Shown here piece by piece: positions 55,769-63,346 of a DNA stretch of 64,000 nt. Where the stretch lies: positions 27,169 through 91,168 of IMG/VR virus record IMGVR_UViG_3300037418_003060; one strand, given 5' to 3'. The stretch is from a virus. How positions within the stretch are numbered: position 1 is the stretch's first letter; each line of letters begins with the position of its first letter. The notes below the pieces were generated by a model. That model was not told where the DNA came from and did not search any database. It saw nothing but the letters and a program-made list of their open reading frames with translations. A program made the translations under genes and the position numbers.

Positions 55769-56305
55769 TTAATTTTGTTTCTGAATCACGACGATCGTGC
55801 CCGGCGCGCCCGAACCCGAGCGATACAGCGACACGACTTTCCACGCGCCTTCGGCGGCGTACTTGGCCTGGTAGGCAGCGGCGGTCAGGTCAGCCGGCAC
55901 GGAGCCAAGCTGGTTGGTTGCCTTGCGCACCTTCGGGTACGGCGTGCCGGAGACCGACAGCGGGGTCTTCTTGGCGACCTTGGCGCCGGCCACGACGTAG
56001 TCGCCCACGGCCAGGTTGCCGGTGCCGGCAGCTTCGCTGCCGTCAGCCACGACGAACATGGTGTCCGGGCAGGTGACGCCGCCGACGGTCCAGCCGCCTT
56101 CGGTCTTCACTTCCACCTGGTGGATGCGGCCCTTGATGAAATCGCCGACGTCAGCCAGGTCGTACTGCGACTCGCCGACGAACTTGACCAGTTTGCCGTT
56201 CTCGGCCGTGGTCAGGTTGCCAGCGGCATCGCCGCTCGCGCCCAGGCGCACGGTAATCGGATCGGGGGTCACCCCTTCCGGAACGATGTAATGCACTTTG
56301 CTCAT
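55769..56305 (-). CDS. Head decoration protein
   Basis: 178-aa Gly/Ala/Val-rich protein between protease and capsid. Confidence 0.7.
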   Translation of the reverse strand: MSKVHYIVPEGVTPDPITVRLGASGDAAGNLTTAENGKLVKFVGESQYDLADVGDFIKGRIHQVEVKTEGGWTVGGVTCPDTMFVVADGSEAAGTGNLAVGDYVVAGAKVAKKTPLSVSGTPYPKVRKATNQLGSVPADLTAAAYQAKYAAEGAWKVVSLYRSGSGAPGTIVVIQKQN

Positions 56306-56316
56306 TTCCGTGCTCC

Positions 56317-56931
56317 TTAGTAGCGTTTGCGGTTTTGTTGCGCCAGCTGGGCGATCTGTGCGAACTGCGCCAGATTCGGATCGACACCTTTTTCGTCGCC
56401 TTCCTTGGCGTCGACCGACTGGCGACCGACCTTGAACTTGTCCAGGAAGGAGGCCGACAGTTTGGTGTGCTGGTCGATCACCGACTGGGCATCCATGCCC
56501 TCGGTCGTGTTCGAACCGCCCAGCGCGACCTGCAGGTTGCCCAGGGCGCCGCGGGCGATGCCCAGCAGCGCTTCGTTCTGGGTCTTCATCGGCGCTTGCG
56601 CGGCGGTCAGGTTCTGCACTTCGGCAGTCTTGGCGACGAGCTTTTCGTTCACCTCGGCCAGCTGGGAGGTAAGCAGCTCGACCTGGGCGGCCAGCTTGGT
56701 CGCGTCGGTGACAGCACCGATGACCTCCTTGCCAGCCGGCGGGGCAGCTGCACCACCGCCCTCGTTGACACCAGGCTTCTCGTGACCCGGCTCATCGTCG
56801 CCGCCCTTGTTGGCATTGCGGATCGAGTCCAGCAGGGCTTTCGCCTCGAGGGTTTCTTCCGCGTTCAGGCCCAGCTGCTCGATCGGCACGCCGGCGACGA
56901 GCTGGGCAACTTGTTCGTGAGAAAGTTTCAT
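56317..56931 (-). CDS. Nested scaffolding protein (internal in-frame start)
   Basis: AAAGGT RBS and an AT-rich context at the internal ATG (MKLSHEQ); lambda C/Nu3-type arrangement. Confidence 0.65.
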   Translation of the reverse strand: MKLSHEQVAQLVAGVPIEQLGLNAEETLEAKALLDSIRNANKGGDDEPGHEKPGVNEGGGAAAPPAGKEVIGAVTDATKLAAQVELLTSQLAEVNEKLVAKTAEVQNLTAAQAPMKTQNEALLGIARGALGNLQVALGGSNTTEGMDAQSVIDQHTKLSASFLDKFKVGRQSVDAKEGDEKGVDPNLAQFAQIAQLAQQNRKRY

Positions 56932-57831
56932 ATTGGCACCTTTCGATTGCGTGGGAGTATTGCCCGAGTATTTCTGGCTGTCAAGCAATTTTAATGCCTG
57001 CTCGAAACTACCCACTTCGTCGACCAGTTTTGCGGCCTTGGCGCGCTTGCCAAGGAAGGTCGAGCCGTCGGTGGCGGCAAGCAGTTCATCAGTGGACATG
57101 CCCGGACGGCCCTTCTGGACCTGGGCGCGGAAGATGTTGTGCACGTCGGCCATCTTCTTGAGCTCGGCATTCTTGACCTCGTCGGTCAGCGGCTCGTACG
57201 GGTTCAGGCGCGCCTTGTTCTCGCCGGCGCGCAGCACGGTTTTCTTGACGCCGGCCTCTTCCAGGGCCTTGGTCAGGTCGGTGTGGATCGCGACCACGCC
57301 GATCGAGCCGACCGACGCGGTAGGGCCGGCCATGATGTCGCCCTTGAAGGAGGTGCCCAGCCAGTAGCCGCCGGACGCCATCTGGGAACCGGTGTAGACC
57401 AGGGTTGGCTTGTTTTCGGACAGGACGCCCAGGCCGCCGCCGGCATCGAAAATGCCGTCGACCATGCCGCCAGGCGACTCGATCTGGACCAGCACCTTCT
57501 TGACGTCCGGGTCGCTGTAGATCTGCTTGGCGGCATTGACAATGTCGTCGTAGCCGACCACGCCATAGAAGCGCCAGAAGCCGGCTGCGCCGTTGATCAG
57601 GCTGCCGGAGATCTTGAGCACGCCGATGTTGCCGCGCTTTTCGATCATGGCCGGCAGGCCGTTGGAGCCGTCATAGTTTTCCGGGCCGGCAAGGTAGGCG
57701 GCGATCGCCTTCTCGACCGAAGGCATGGTGGCCTGTTGCAGGCCCAACCTCTGGATGGCAAGCAGGGCCTCGAACGAGGCCTCATCGCCAGCCCAGAGGG
57801 TGATCTGACCGTCTGCGATAAAGAGTTTCAT
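56317..57831 (-). CDS. Prohead protease (S49/SppA family) with C-terminal scaffold
   Basis: IESPGG, MASGGYW, VGSIGV, RAGENK, AKLVDEVG; coiled-coil C-terminus. Confidence 0.92.
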   Translation of the reverse strand: MKLFIADGQITLWAGDEASFEALLAIQRLGLQQATMPSVEKAIAAYLAGPENYDGSNGLPAMIEKRGNIGVLKISGSLINGAAGFWRFYGVVGYDDIVNAAKQIYSDPDVKKVLVQIESPGGMVDGIFDAGGGLGVLSENKPTLVYTGSQMASGGYWLGTSFKGDIMAGPTASVGSIGVVAIHTDLTKALEEAGVKKTVLRAGENKARLNPYEPLTDEVKNAELKKMADVHNIFRAQVQKGRPGMSTDELLAATDGSTFLGKRAKAAKLVDEVGSFEQALKLLDSQKYSGNTPTQSKGANMKLSHEQVAQLVAGVPIEQLGLNAEETLEAKALLDSIRNANKGGDDEPGHEKPGVNEGGGAAAPPAGKEVIGAVTDATKLAAQVELLTSQLAEVNEKLVAKTAEVQNLTAAQAPMKTQNEALLGIARGALGNLQVALGGSNTTEGMDAQSVIDQHTKLSASFLDKFKVGRQSVDAKEGDEKGVDPNLAQFAQIAQLAQQNRKRY

Positions 57832-59360
57832 TTTTTGGACCCCTTGGTGCTGCCCTTGGCGGCCGCGGGCGTGTTCGCGGCACCGGTGGCGCCGGTGGTG
57901 GAAGTGTTGTTGCCGTTGTCCTGGATCTGTGGCGCCGGCACAACAGGGAACATGGTGCCGGTGAGCGGCTTGTAACCTGGCGGCGGCAGCTGGCCGGTCA
58001 GCTTCAGGCAGGCCTCCTCGTCCGAAATCAGGCCGAACGAGAGCTGGGTCAGGATGCGCGACTGCTTCATCGACTTGTAGGCCTCAAGCTCGCTCTGCGG
58101 GCGCAGGTCGATGTCGTCGAATTCGAACTCGACGGTCACGTCCAGGCCGAACAGGCGCACCGCCAGGGTCATGGCCTTGGAGAGCAGCTCGTTGAGCTTG
58201 CGCCGGATCATGCCGTTCACGTGCAGCATGTACATCAGCGTCTCGGTGTTCGACAGGTTCTGGCTGGTCGCGCCCATGCCAAGCACCGAGGGCGGGGTTT
58301 TGAGCGCGGTGGCCAGCTTGCCGCCGTGGATCGTGTTGACCGTGTTGAAGGTGTTGGACGCGTCGGTCCCGTTCACCTCGAGGATCTCGACGGTGAAGAA
58401 GTCGAAGTGGGCGATCGCCTCTTCCACGCCCAAGTTGTTGATGGCCGATTCGGCGATGCCAAACAGCTCGTCGTAGTAGGCGCCCAGCTTGTCCGGGTCG
58501 GCCAGCACGTCCGGCGGCGTCTTCTTCTTGATGATCTCCTCGTTGAGGATGATCTCGTAGCGCGGGTAGGCATGGCGGGCGCAGATGCGGCGCAGGTCGG
58601 TCAGGAAGGTCTGCGCGGCCAGCACCGGCTGCATGGCCGGCTCCATCGGGCTTTGCGGGTAGGCGTCGTACAGGCTCGGGTCGACCGAGACCCAGAACAC
58701 GGTCGGCAGGTCAAGGTCGATGTAGTCGCCGCCCACCTTCTGCGAGGGTTTCAGGCCCTTGTCGTCGTCCTCGAACTGGATGGTCGAGACGGCGATCGGC
58801 TGGAACGACAGCGGCAAGCGCGTCTTGTCCAGCACCAGTTCGACCATCATGGCGCCTTCCTGGGTCATGCTCTTGCCCAGCGCCTCGCACACGCTTTGCA
58901 GGCTGCCGACCTTGGAAAAGCCGTCCACGTAGTCCGGCATCGTGTTCATCTGGCGCAGGATCTGCATGGCCAGCTTGGTGCCGTCCAGGTTGAAGCTGCC
59001 GTCCGGGTTGCGCGCGATGCAGGTGTACTTTTCCGGGATGCCGACGCGGTTGTTGGACGAGACTGTGAGCGCCATCTCGGGCGAGAAGCGCGAGAAGTTG
59101 CGCACGTTCTCGACCGTGCTCGCCCCGCTGCGGTAATTCGCAACCAAGTCGACGTTGGTGACGTCGAAGGCGCTCTTGGGCAGGAAGCCGGTGGACGGCT
59201 TGATCGAGCGGCGGTAGCCCGGGTAGGCGGCGCCGCCGCCCTTGGGCGCCTTGATCGGCGGCTGGGGCGGCAGCATGCTGCCGGCGCCCTGCTTGGGCGC
59301 GGCGCCACCGGCGGCCTTGGAGGCCACGGCTGCAAGCATGCGGGTCAGAATGTTCGCCAT
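57828..59360 (-). CDS. Portal protein
   Basis: ~510 aa between TerL and protease; ALKTPPSVLG motif. Confidence 0.85.
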   Translation of the reverse strand: MANILTRMLAAVASKAAGGAAPKQGAGSMLPPQPPIKAPKGGGAAYPGYRRSIKPSTGFLPKSAFDVTNVDLVANYRSGASTVENVRNFSRFSPEMALTVSSNNRVGIPEKYTCIARNPDGSFNLDGTKLAMQILRQMNTMPDYVDGFSKVGSLQSVCEALGKSMTQEGAMMVELVLDKTRLPLSFQPIAVSTIQFEDDDKGLKPSQKVGGDYIDLDLPTVFWVSVDPSLYDAYPQSPMEPAMQPVLAAQTFLTDLRRICARHAYPRYEIILNEEIIKKKTPPDVLADPDKLGAYYDELFGIAESAINNLGVEEAIAHFDFFTVEILEVNGTDASNTFNTVNTIHGGKLATALKTPPSVLGMGATSQNLSNTETLMYMLHVNGMIRRKLNELLSKAMTLAVRLFGLDVTVEFEFDDIDLRPQSELEAYKSMKQSRILTQLSFGLISDEEACLKLTGQLPPPGYKPLTGTMFPVVPAPQIQDNGNNTSTTGATGAANTPAAAKGSTKGSKK

Positions 59361-59367
59361 GGGCGCG

Positions 59368-59396
59368 ATTCTGGCACGCAACTTGCTTTTCGACAA
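59368..59396 (-). promoter_or_regulatory. Portal promoter with reversed sigma54-like box
   Basis: - strand TTGTCG-N17-CAGAAT; + strand TGGCACGCAACTTGCT at 59372-59387. Confidence 0.6.
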
Positions 59397-59405
59397 GCGA
59401 TTTGT

Positions 59406-61160
59406 TTATCTGCGGTAATACGCGCCGCGCTGCTTTTGGCCGTACATGTTGGTCTCTTCGCGCGTGGCGGCGCGGATCTTGCCGAAGAGTGTGACCGCGC
59501 TGGTGGGCACGACATCGCGTGCGGCCGCGTTCTGCAGGCGGCAGGCCACGTTCAGGTACCCGACCGAGTGCATGTAGTGGTCCTGGCCGTCGGTCGGCTT
59601 GTGCCAGGTGTAGACCACCTCGCCATGGTTGTCCAGCTCCTTCTTGCGCTTCATGGCCAGGCAGTGGCCTTCGAAGATCGCGGCGTCGTTCTCGTCGCCG
59701 ACCGCCCAGACCAGCTCGCGGCGCTTGAACAAGCCCATGACGGTGTCGAAGTTCTGGTTGCGGTGGATCTTGACCTGGGTGATCGGCAGCTTGCCCTTGT
59801 CCTCGTCTTCTTCGGCCTTGGCGATGGCGAACGCCTCCATCTTCTTGCTGTTGTGGTAGATGGCGCCGTACAGGTTGGCATCGACCTTTTGCAGCTCGTA
59901 GACGATATCGGTGTACGGGTAGCCGTCCATCACGGTCACCAGCACACGGTACTTGGCGCGCAGCTCGTGATAGCGCTGCTTGAAGTTGGTCAGCGGTACG
60001 CGCTCGCGGTGCACGACCAGCATCTGCCCTTCCAGGGTCAGGCGGCCGATGGTGACGTGGCAGGTGATGCCCATGTCGATGCCCATCGAGTGCAGGCTGG
60101 CCGTCTCCAGCGTGCCGCCGGTGTACTTGCAGGCGGTGATGTCGTCGCGGGTGAGCTCTTCGCCCGCCTCGCTGTTGGTCTCGCCCAGGGTCTGGTTGCA
60201 GAACTCGTGCCAGAGGAACTTGGTCGACTCGAGCACGATCTGCGGCACCGGCACCACGTTGGGCACGGAGAAAGGCGTGACGTAGTAGCCGATCGCCTCA
60301 AGCATGTCGCCCGGGTTCTCGATCACCCATTCGCGGTACTCGGGGGCCAGGCTCGGGGTCTTGCCGCACTTTGGGCACACCAGGTGCGCATCGCGCCAGT
60401 TCAGGCGCTGGATGTTGTCGCGCGTGATGTCGCGCAGCTCGCCGGTATAGCCCGGGATGACGACGTCGGTATGGTAGCTCGGCAGGAACCAGTGGTTGCA
60501 GTGGTAGCACTTGCACATGTGGCGCTTGCGCAAGCTGGAGGCCATCTCCAGCGCGATGCCCACGCCGTCGATGGTGGGCGTGCCGAACTTGCGCGTGAGC
60601 TTCCAGCTGGAGTGCTTGATGCGCGACTGGTACTGCTGGATCGTGTGCGGGTCCGAGCGGTCGATCTCGTCGTGCACCAGCAGGTCGGCCGGCACCGACA
60701 GCGCCGCGGTCTCGCCGCTGGTGCCGCGCGCGTAAAACAGGCTGGTGCCGATCTCCTTGATCTCGGTGTTGTCGAGGTCGGGGTTGACAGCGCCGGCCAG
60801 GTCGGGGCTGTCGTTGATGATCGGGTTGATGCGGGTCTTGACGAACTTGGTGGCGTCGCCGCTGTACGGCATGGTGAGGATGGCCGAGAAGTACGGAATG
60901 ATCCGGCACAGGCCCACCACATAGCGCGCCATGGCTTCGGACATGCCGACCTGGGCGCACTTCTGCACGTTCACCACGCGGCTGGTGTCGGACAGGATGG
61001 TTTCCTGGAACTCGTGGTCCTTGAAGCTGTAGCGGTCACCGGCAAGGTAGGTCTTGTCCGTGATGTAGCGCACCACGTCCTGCAGGTCGTAGGTCTCGAA
61101 CAGGGCCGCGTGCAGGCGGTCGACGTGTTCAGTGATGCCGGAGGCATAGTCACGCGGCAT
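59406..61160 (-). CDS. terL: Terminase large subunit (lambda gpA-like)
   Basis: KCAQVGMSE Walker A, HDEID Walker B, GTPT, CxxC zinc motifs, nuclease GIDMG and DHYMHS. Confidence 0.93.
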   Translation of the reverse strand: MPRDYASGITEHVDRLHAALFETYDLQDVVRYITDKTYLAGDRYSFKDHEFQETILSDTSRVVNVQKCAQVGMSEAMARYVVGLCRIIPYFSAILTMPYSGDATKFVKTRINPIINDSPDLAGAVNPDLDNTEIKEIGTSLFYARGTSGETAALSVPADLLVHDEIDRSDPHTIQQYQSRIKHSSWKLTRKFGTPTIDGVGIALEMASSLRKRHMCKCYHCNHWFLPSYHTDVVIPGYTGELRDITRDNIQRLNWRDAHLVCPKCGKTPSLAPEYREWVIENPGDMLEAIGYYVTPFSVPNVVPVPQIVLESTKFLWHEFCNQTLGETNSEAGEELTRDDITACKYTGGTLETASLHSMGIDMGITCHVTIGRLTLEGQMLVVHRERVPLTNFKQRYHELRAKYRVLVTVMDGYPYTDIVYELQKVDANLYGAIYHNSKKMEAFAIAKAEEDEDKGKLPITQVKIHRNQNFDTVMGLFKRRELVWAVGDENDAAIFEGHCLAMKRKKELDNHGEVVYTWHKPTDGQDHYMHSVGYLNVACRLQNAAARDVVPTSAVTLFGKIRAATREETNMYGQKQRGAYYRR

Positions 61161-61626
61161 TGCTGTCCTTCGGCAGGTCAAGGGCGGTGCGCACCTGCCC
61201 GCGCGCTTCAGGCCCGAGCTGCTCCTTGTACAGGTCGAAGAAGGCGATCTTGGCCTCGCTCGTGAGCAGGCGCGCCGCCTTCAGGAACGCCGCTTCGTAG
61301 GCCTTCAGGCGCTGCATGCCCCAGACCATGTCTTGCTGTTTGATGATGTCGGACAGCTGGTTGCGCACGGCCGAGAAGATCTGGGCCTTCTGGTTGGCAG
61401 GCGTGTCGCGGTCGCCCTGTACTTCCGACAGCAGGGATTTGCCCTGGGTGTACTGCAGGGCCAGCTCCTTGGCCAGGTCCAGTTCGCCCAGGTCAAGCAC
61501 GAGGCGCGCATCGACTGCGTGGCGCAGCTCGACGAGCTCGGCGTCGGACAGCCCGTCGAGCTGGCTGAGCAGGGCATCGACGCCGGTCTTGGGCGCGCTG
61601 GCACCGAGCGAGTGGTCTTTGAGCAT
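61150..61626 (-). CDS. Terminase small subunit (putative)
   Basis: Helical 158-aa protein directly upstream of, and overlapping, TerL. Confidence 0.6.
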   Translation of the reverse strand: MLKDHSLGASAPKTGVDALLSQLDGLSDAELVELRHAVDARLVLDLGELDLAKELALQYTQGKSLLSEVQGDRDTPANQKAQIFSAVRNQLSDIIKQQDMVWGMQRLKAYEAAFLKAARLLTSEAKIAFFDLYKEQLGPEARGQVRTALDLPKDSNAA

Positions 61627-61931
61627 TACTTGCCCTTGTAGCGGTAGATGGTGCGCAGTGAGACGCCGGCCTTGGCCGCGGCTTCTTCCGGGGTGAGCTT
61701 GGGGTCGTTGGCAAGCAGCCGGATGTTTTCCTTCTTGGCCTTGACGGCCGCGCTCTGGGCTTCGCGATCGGGGGCAGGGTCTTTCTGGAAGTCCATGTCC
61801 GACAGCACCCGCGACAGGTACTGTTCGTTCACGCCGAGCAGGGCTGCGACGTCGCGGTTGGTCATCTCGCGCGACTTGAGCGCCGGCAGGTACTCCTGCA
61901 GGCGGGTCTGGAGGTTGCGTTTGTGTGTCAT
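61626..61931 (-). CDS. Two-HTH DNA-binding protein
   Basis: MTNRDVAALLGVNEQYLSRV and LTPEEAAAKAGVSLRTIYRY. Confidence 0.8.
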   Translation of the reverse strand: MTHKRNLQTRLQEYLPALKSREMTNRDVAALLGVNEQYLSRVLSDMDFQKDPAPDREAQSAAVKAKKENIRLLANDPKLTPEEAAAKAGVSLRTIYRYKGK

Positions 61932-62212
61932 CGGTTCGTTCCTATGGCGGCAAGGGTCATCTCGGCCTGGTTGAGGTCCTTCTGCAGCTGCTCGATCAAG
62001 TCGGCGCCCTGCAGGCGCGCCGCGCGCAGCAGGTGTTCGGCCCAGCCGTGCGGGTTGCGCAGGATGTGCAGGATCGTGACGGCGTCCAGAGGCGGGTTTT
62101 CGGTCTCGTTGAGGGCGGTCTTGGCCGGGGCCACCGGCGCGTAGATCAGGCCAGGGCTGAGAGGCACGTCCAGGGAGACGTGCCCGCAGTTAAGAGTGTT
62201 TGAAGTACCCAT
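61928..62212 (-). CDS. Hypothetical protein (94 aa)
   Basis: AAAGGT RBS; ATGA overlap with the HTH gene. Confidence 0.55.
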   Translation of the reverse strand: MGTSNTLNCGHVSLDVPLSPGLIYAPVAPAKTALNETENPPLDAVTILHILRNPHGWAEHLLRAARLQGADLIEQLQKDLNQAEMTLAAIGTNR

Positions 62213-62240
62213 TTTCGACCTTTTCAGGCAATTTTCGCGG

Positions 62241-62269
62241 ATTCTGGCACGAAAGTTGCATCTGGTCAA
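62241..62269 (-). promoter_or_regulatory. First late promoter with reversed sigma54-like box
   Basis: - strand TTGACC-N17-CAGAAT; + strand TGGCACGAAAGTTGCA at 62245-62260. Confidence 0.65.
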
Positions 62270-62507
62270 AGTTTTCAGTGTTTGTCTTGGAAATTTTTGT
62301 CGAAAATTTGCTTGTTTTGAGTGAAAATGTCGAACTTTTTGGGTTTGACAGTGAAAGTTTTGGAGGTGGTGGCGAATTTTTGGGGGCCCTGAGAGGGGCG
62401 CCTGGCCACCGCCACCCGCCGAACCCTATACGTCATTACCAAAAGTTATGCTCACCTCACCACCAGTTATACCCTATCAACAACCCACATTCGATAGAAA
62501 CAATTCA

Positions 62508-62537
62508 TTGACAGACAACAACGGTTCCGTCGATAAT
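62508..62537 (+). promoter_or_regulatory. sigma70-type early promoter
   Basis: TTGACA-N18-GATAAT. Confidence 0.7.
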
Positions 62538-62599
62538 TGCACCTGTTCCACCGAAACACGTGCCGATTCCGGCCCAACCAATTCTCGAAAGGAAACGCA

Positions 62600-63292
62600 A
62601 TGAACACCAAGAACCACGCTCCGAAAGCCCCGCAAAGCCAGCTCGCAGGCAATACCACCAGCGGCAAGGTCGTCGCGCCCGAGTCCACCTTTGGCCAGTT
62701 CGTCCTTGGCGACATCAAGGGCGGCACTGCTGCCCACGAGTTCCGCTGGACGATGGTCCGCGCTGCCATCCGCGAAGCGCTCAAGGGCAATAGCCGCGCC
62801 TTGACCGAGGCGCACGCCATCGCGCAGGGCAAGAGCAAGCGCGCCCTGTGCTATGTGGACGGCTTCCAAGCCGTCGGCATCCCGGCGCGCATCGCCTACA
62901 CGGGCAAGCTGTCCGACCCGGCCAACAAGCCGGTGGTGGACCAGATCGAGGCGACCACGCTGGCGCTGGCGCACGATTTCGAGCTGGCGTTCCTGACCCG
63001 CTACCACGCCCCGGCCGAGCCGAAGGCAACCAAGGGCAAGCAAGCCAAGGGCAAAGCCACCAAGGGCGCGGCCACCAGCTCGGACGACACCAGCGCCGAC
63101 ACCAGCGCCGACATCAGCGCCGCTCCGACCATCGCCGACACGGTGCGCGCCACCATCGCCGCCATCAACAGCGGCGTGGTCAGCGATACCGAGATGGACG
63201 AGATCATCGCCGCCGTGACGTACCGCCGCCTGATGGCCGCGCAGGCCACCGCGCAGGCCGTCCAACAGGACGAGACCGCCGAGGCAGCGTAA
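62600..63292 (+). CDS. First early protein, hypothetical (230 aa)
   Basis: AAAGGA RBS; strong codon bias; low-complexity KATKG and SADT repeats. Confidence 0.8.
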   Translation: MNTKNHAPKAPQSQLAGNTTSGKVVAPESTFGQFVLGDIKGGTAAHEFRWTMVRAAIREALKGNSRALTEAHAIAQGKSKRALCYVDGFQAVGIPARIAYTGKLSDPANKPVVDQIEATTLALAHDFELAFLTRYHAPAEPKATKGKQAKGKATKGAATSSDDTSADTSADISAAPTIADTVRATIAAINSGVVSDTEMDEIIAAVTYRRLMAAQATAQAVQQDETAEAA

Positions 63293-63293
63293 C

Positions 63294-63346
63294 GAATGCT
63301 GCTAGGTCCGCCGCCTGCACCGCAGGCGGTTTTCCTAGCAGCATTC
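63294..63346 (+). terminator. Long hairpin (terminator or RNase III-type site)
   Basis: 13-bp outer stem GAATGCTGCTAGG/CCTAGCAGCATTC enclosing an 8-bp stem CCGCCTGC/GCAGGCGG followed by TTTT. Confidence 0.65.

Noticed and set aside
9293-61265. Very long antisense ORFs (e.g. 9293..12394-, 16958..19786-, 43825..48993+, 58221..61265+)
   Set aside because: They mirror real genes on the opposite strand, as expected from high-GC3 codon bias; they lack RBSs and recognisable motifs.
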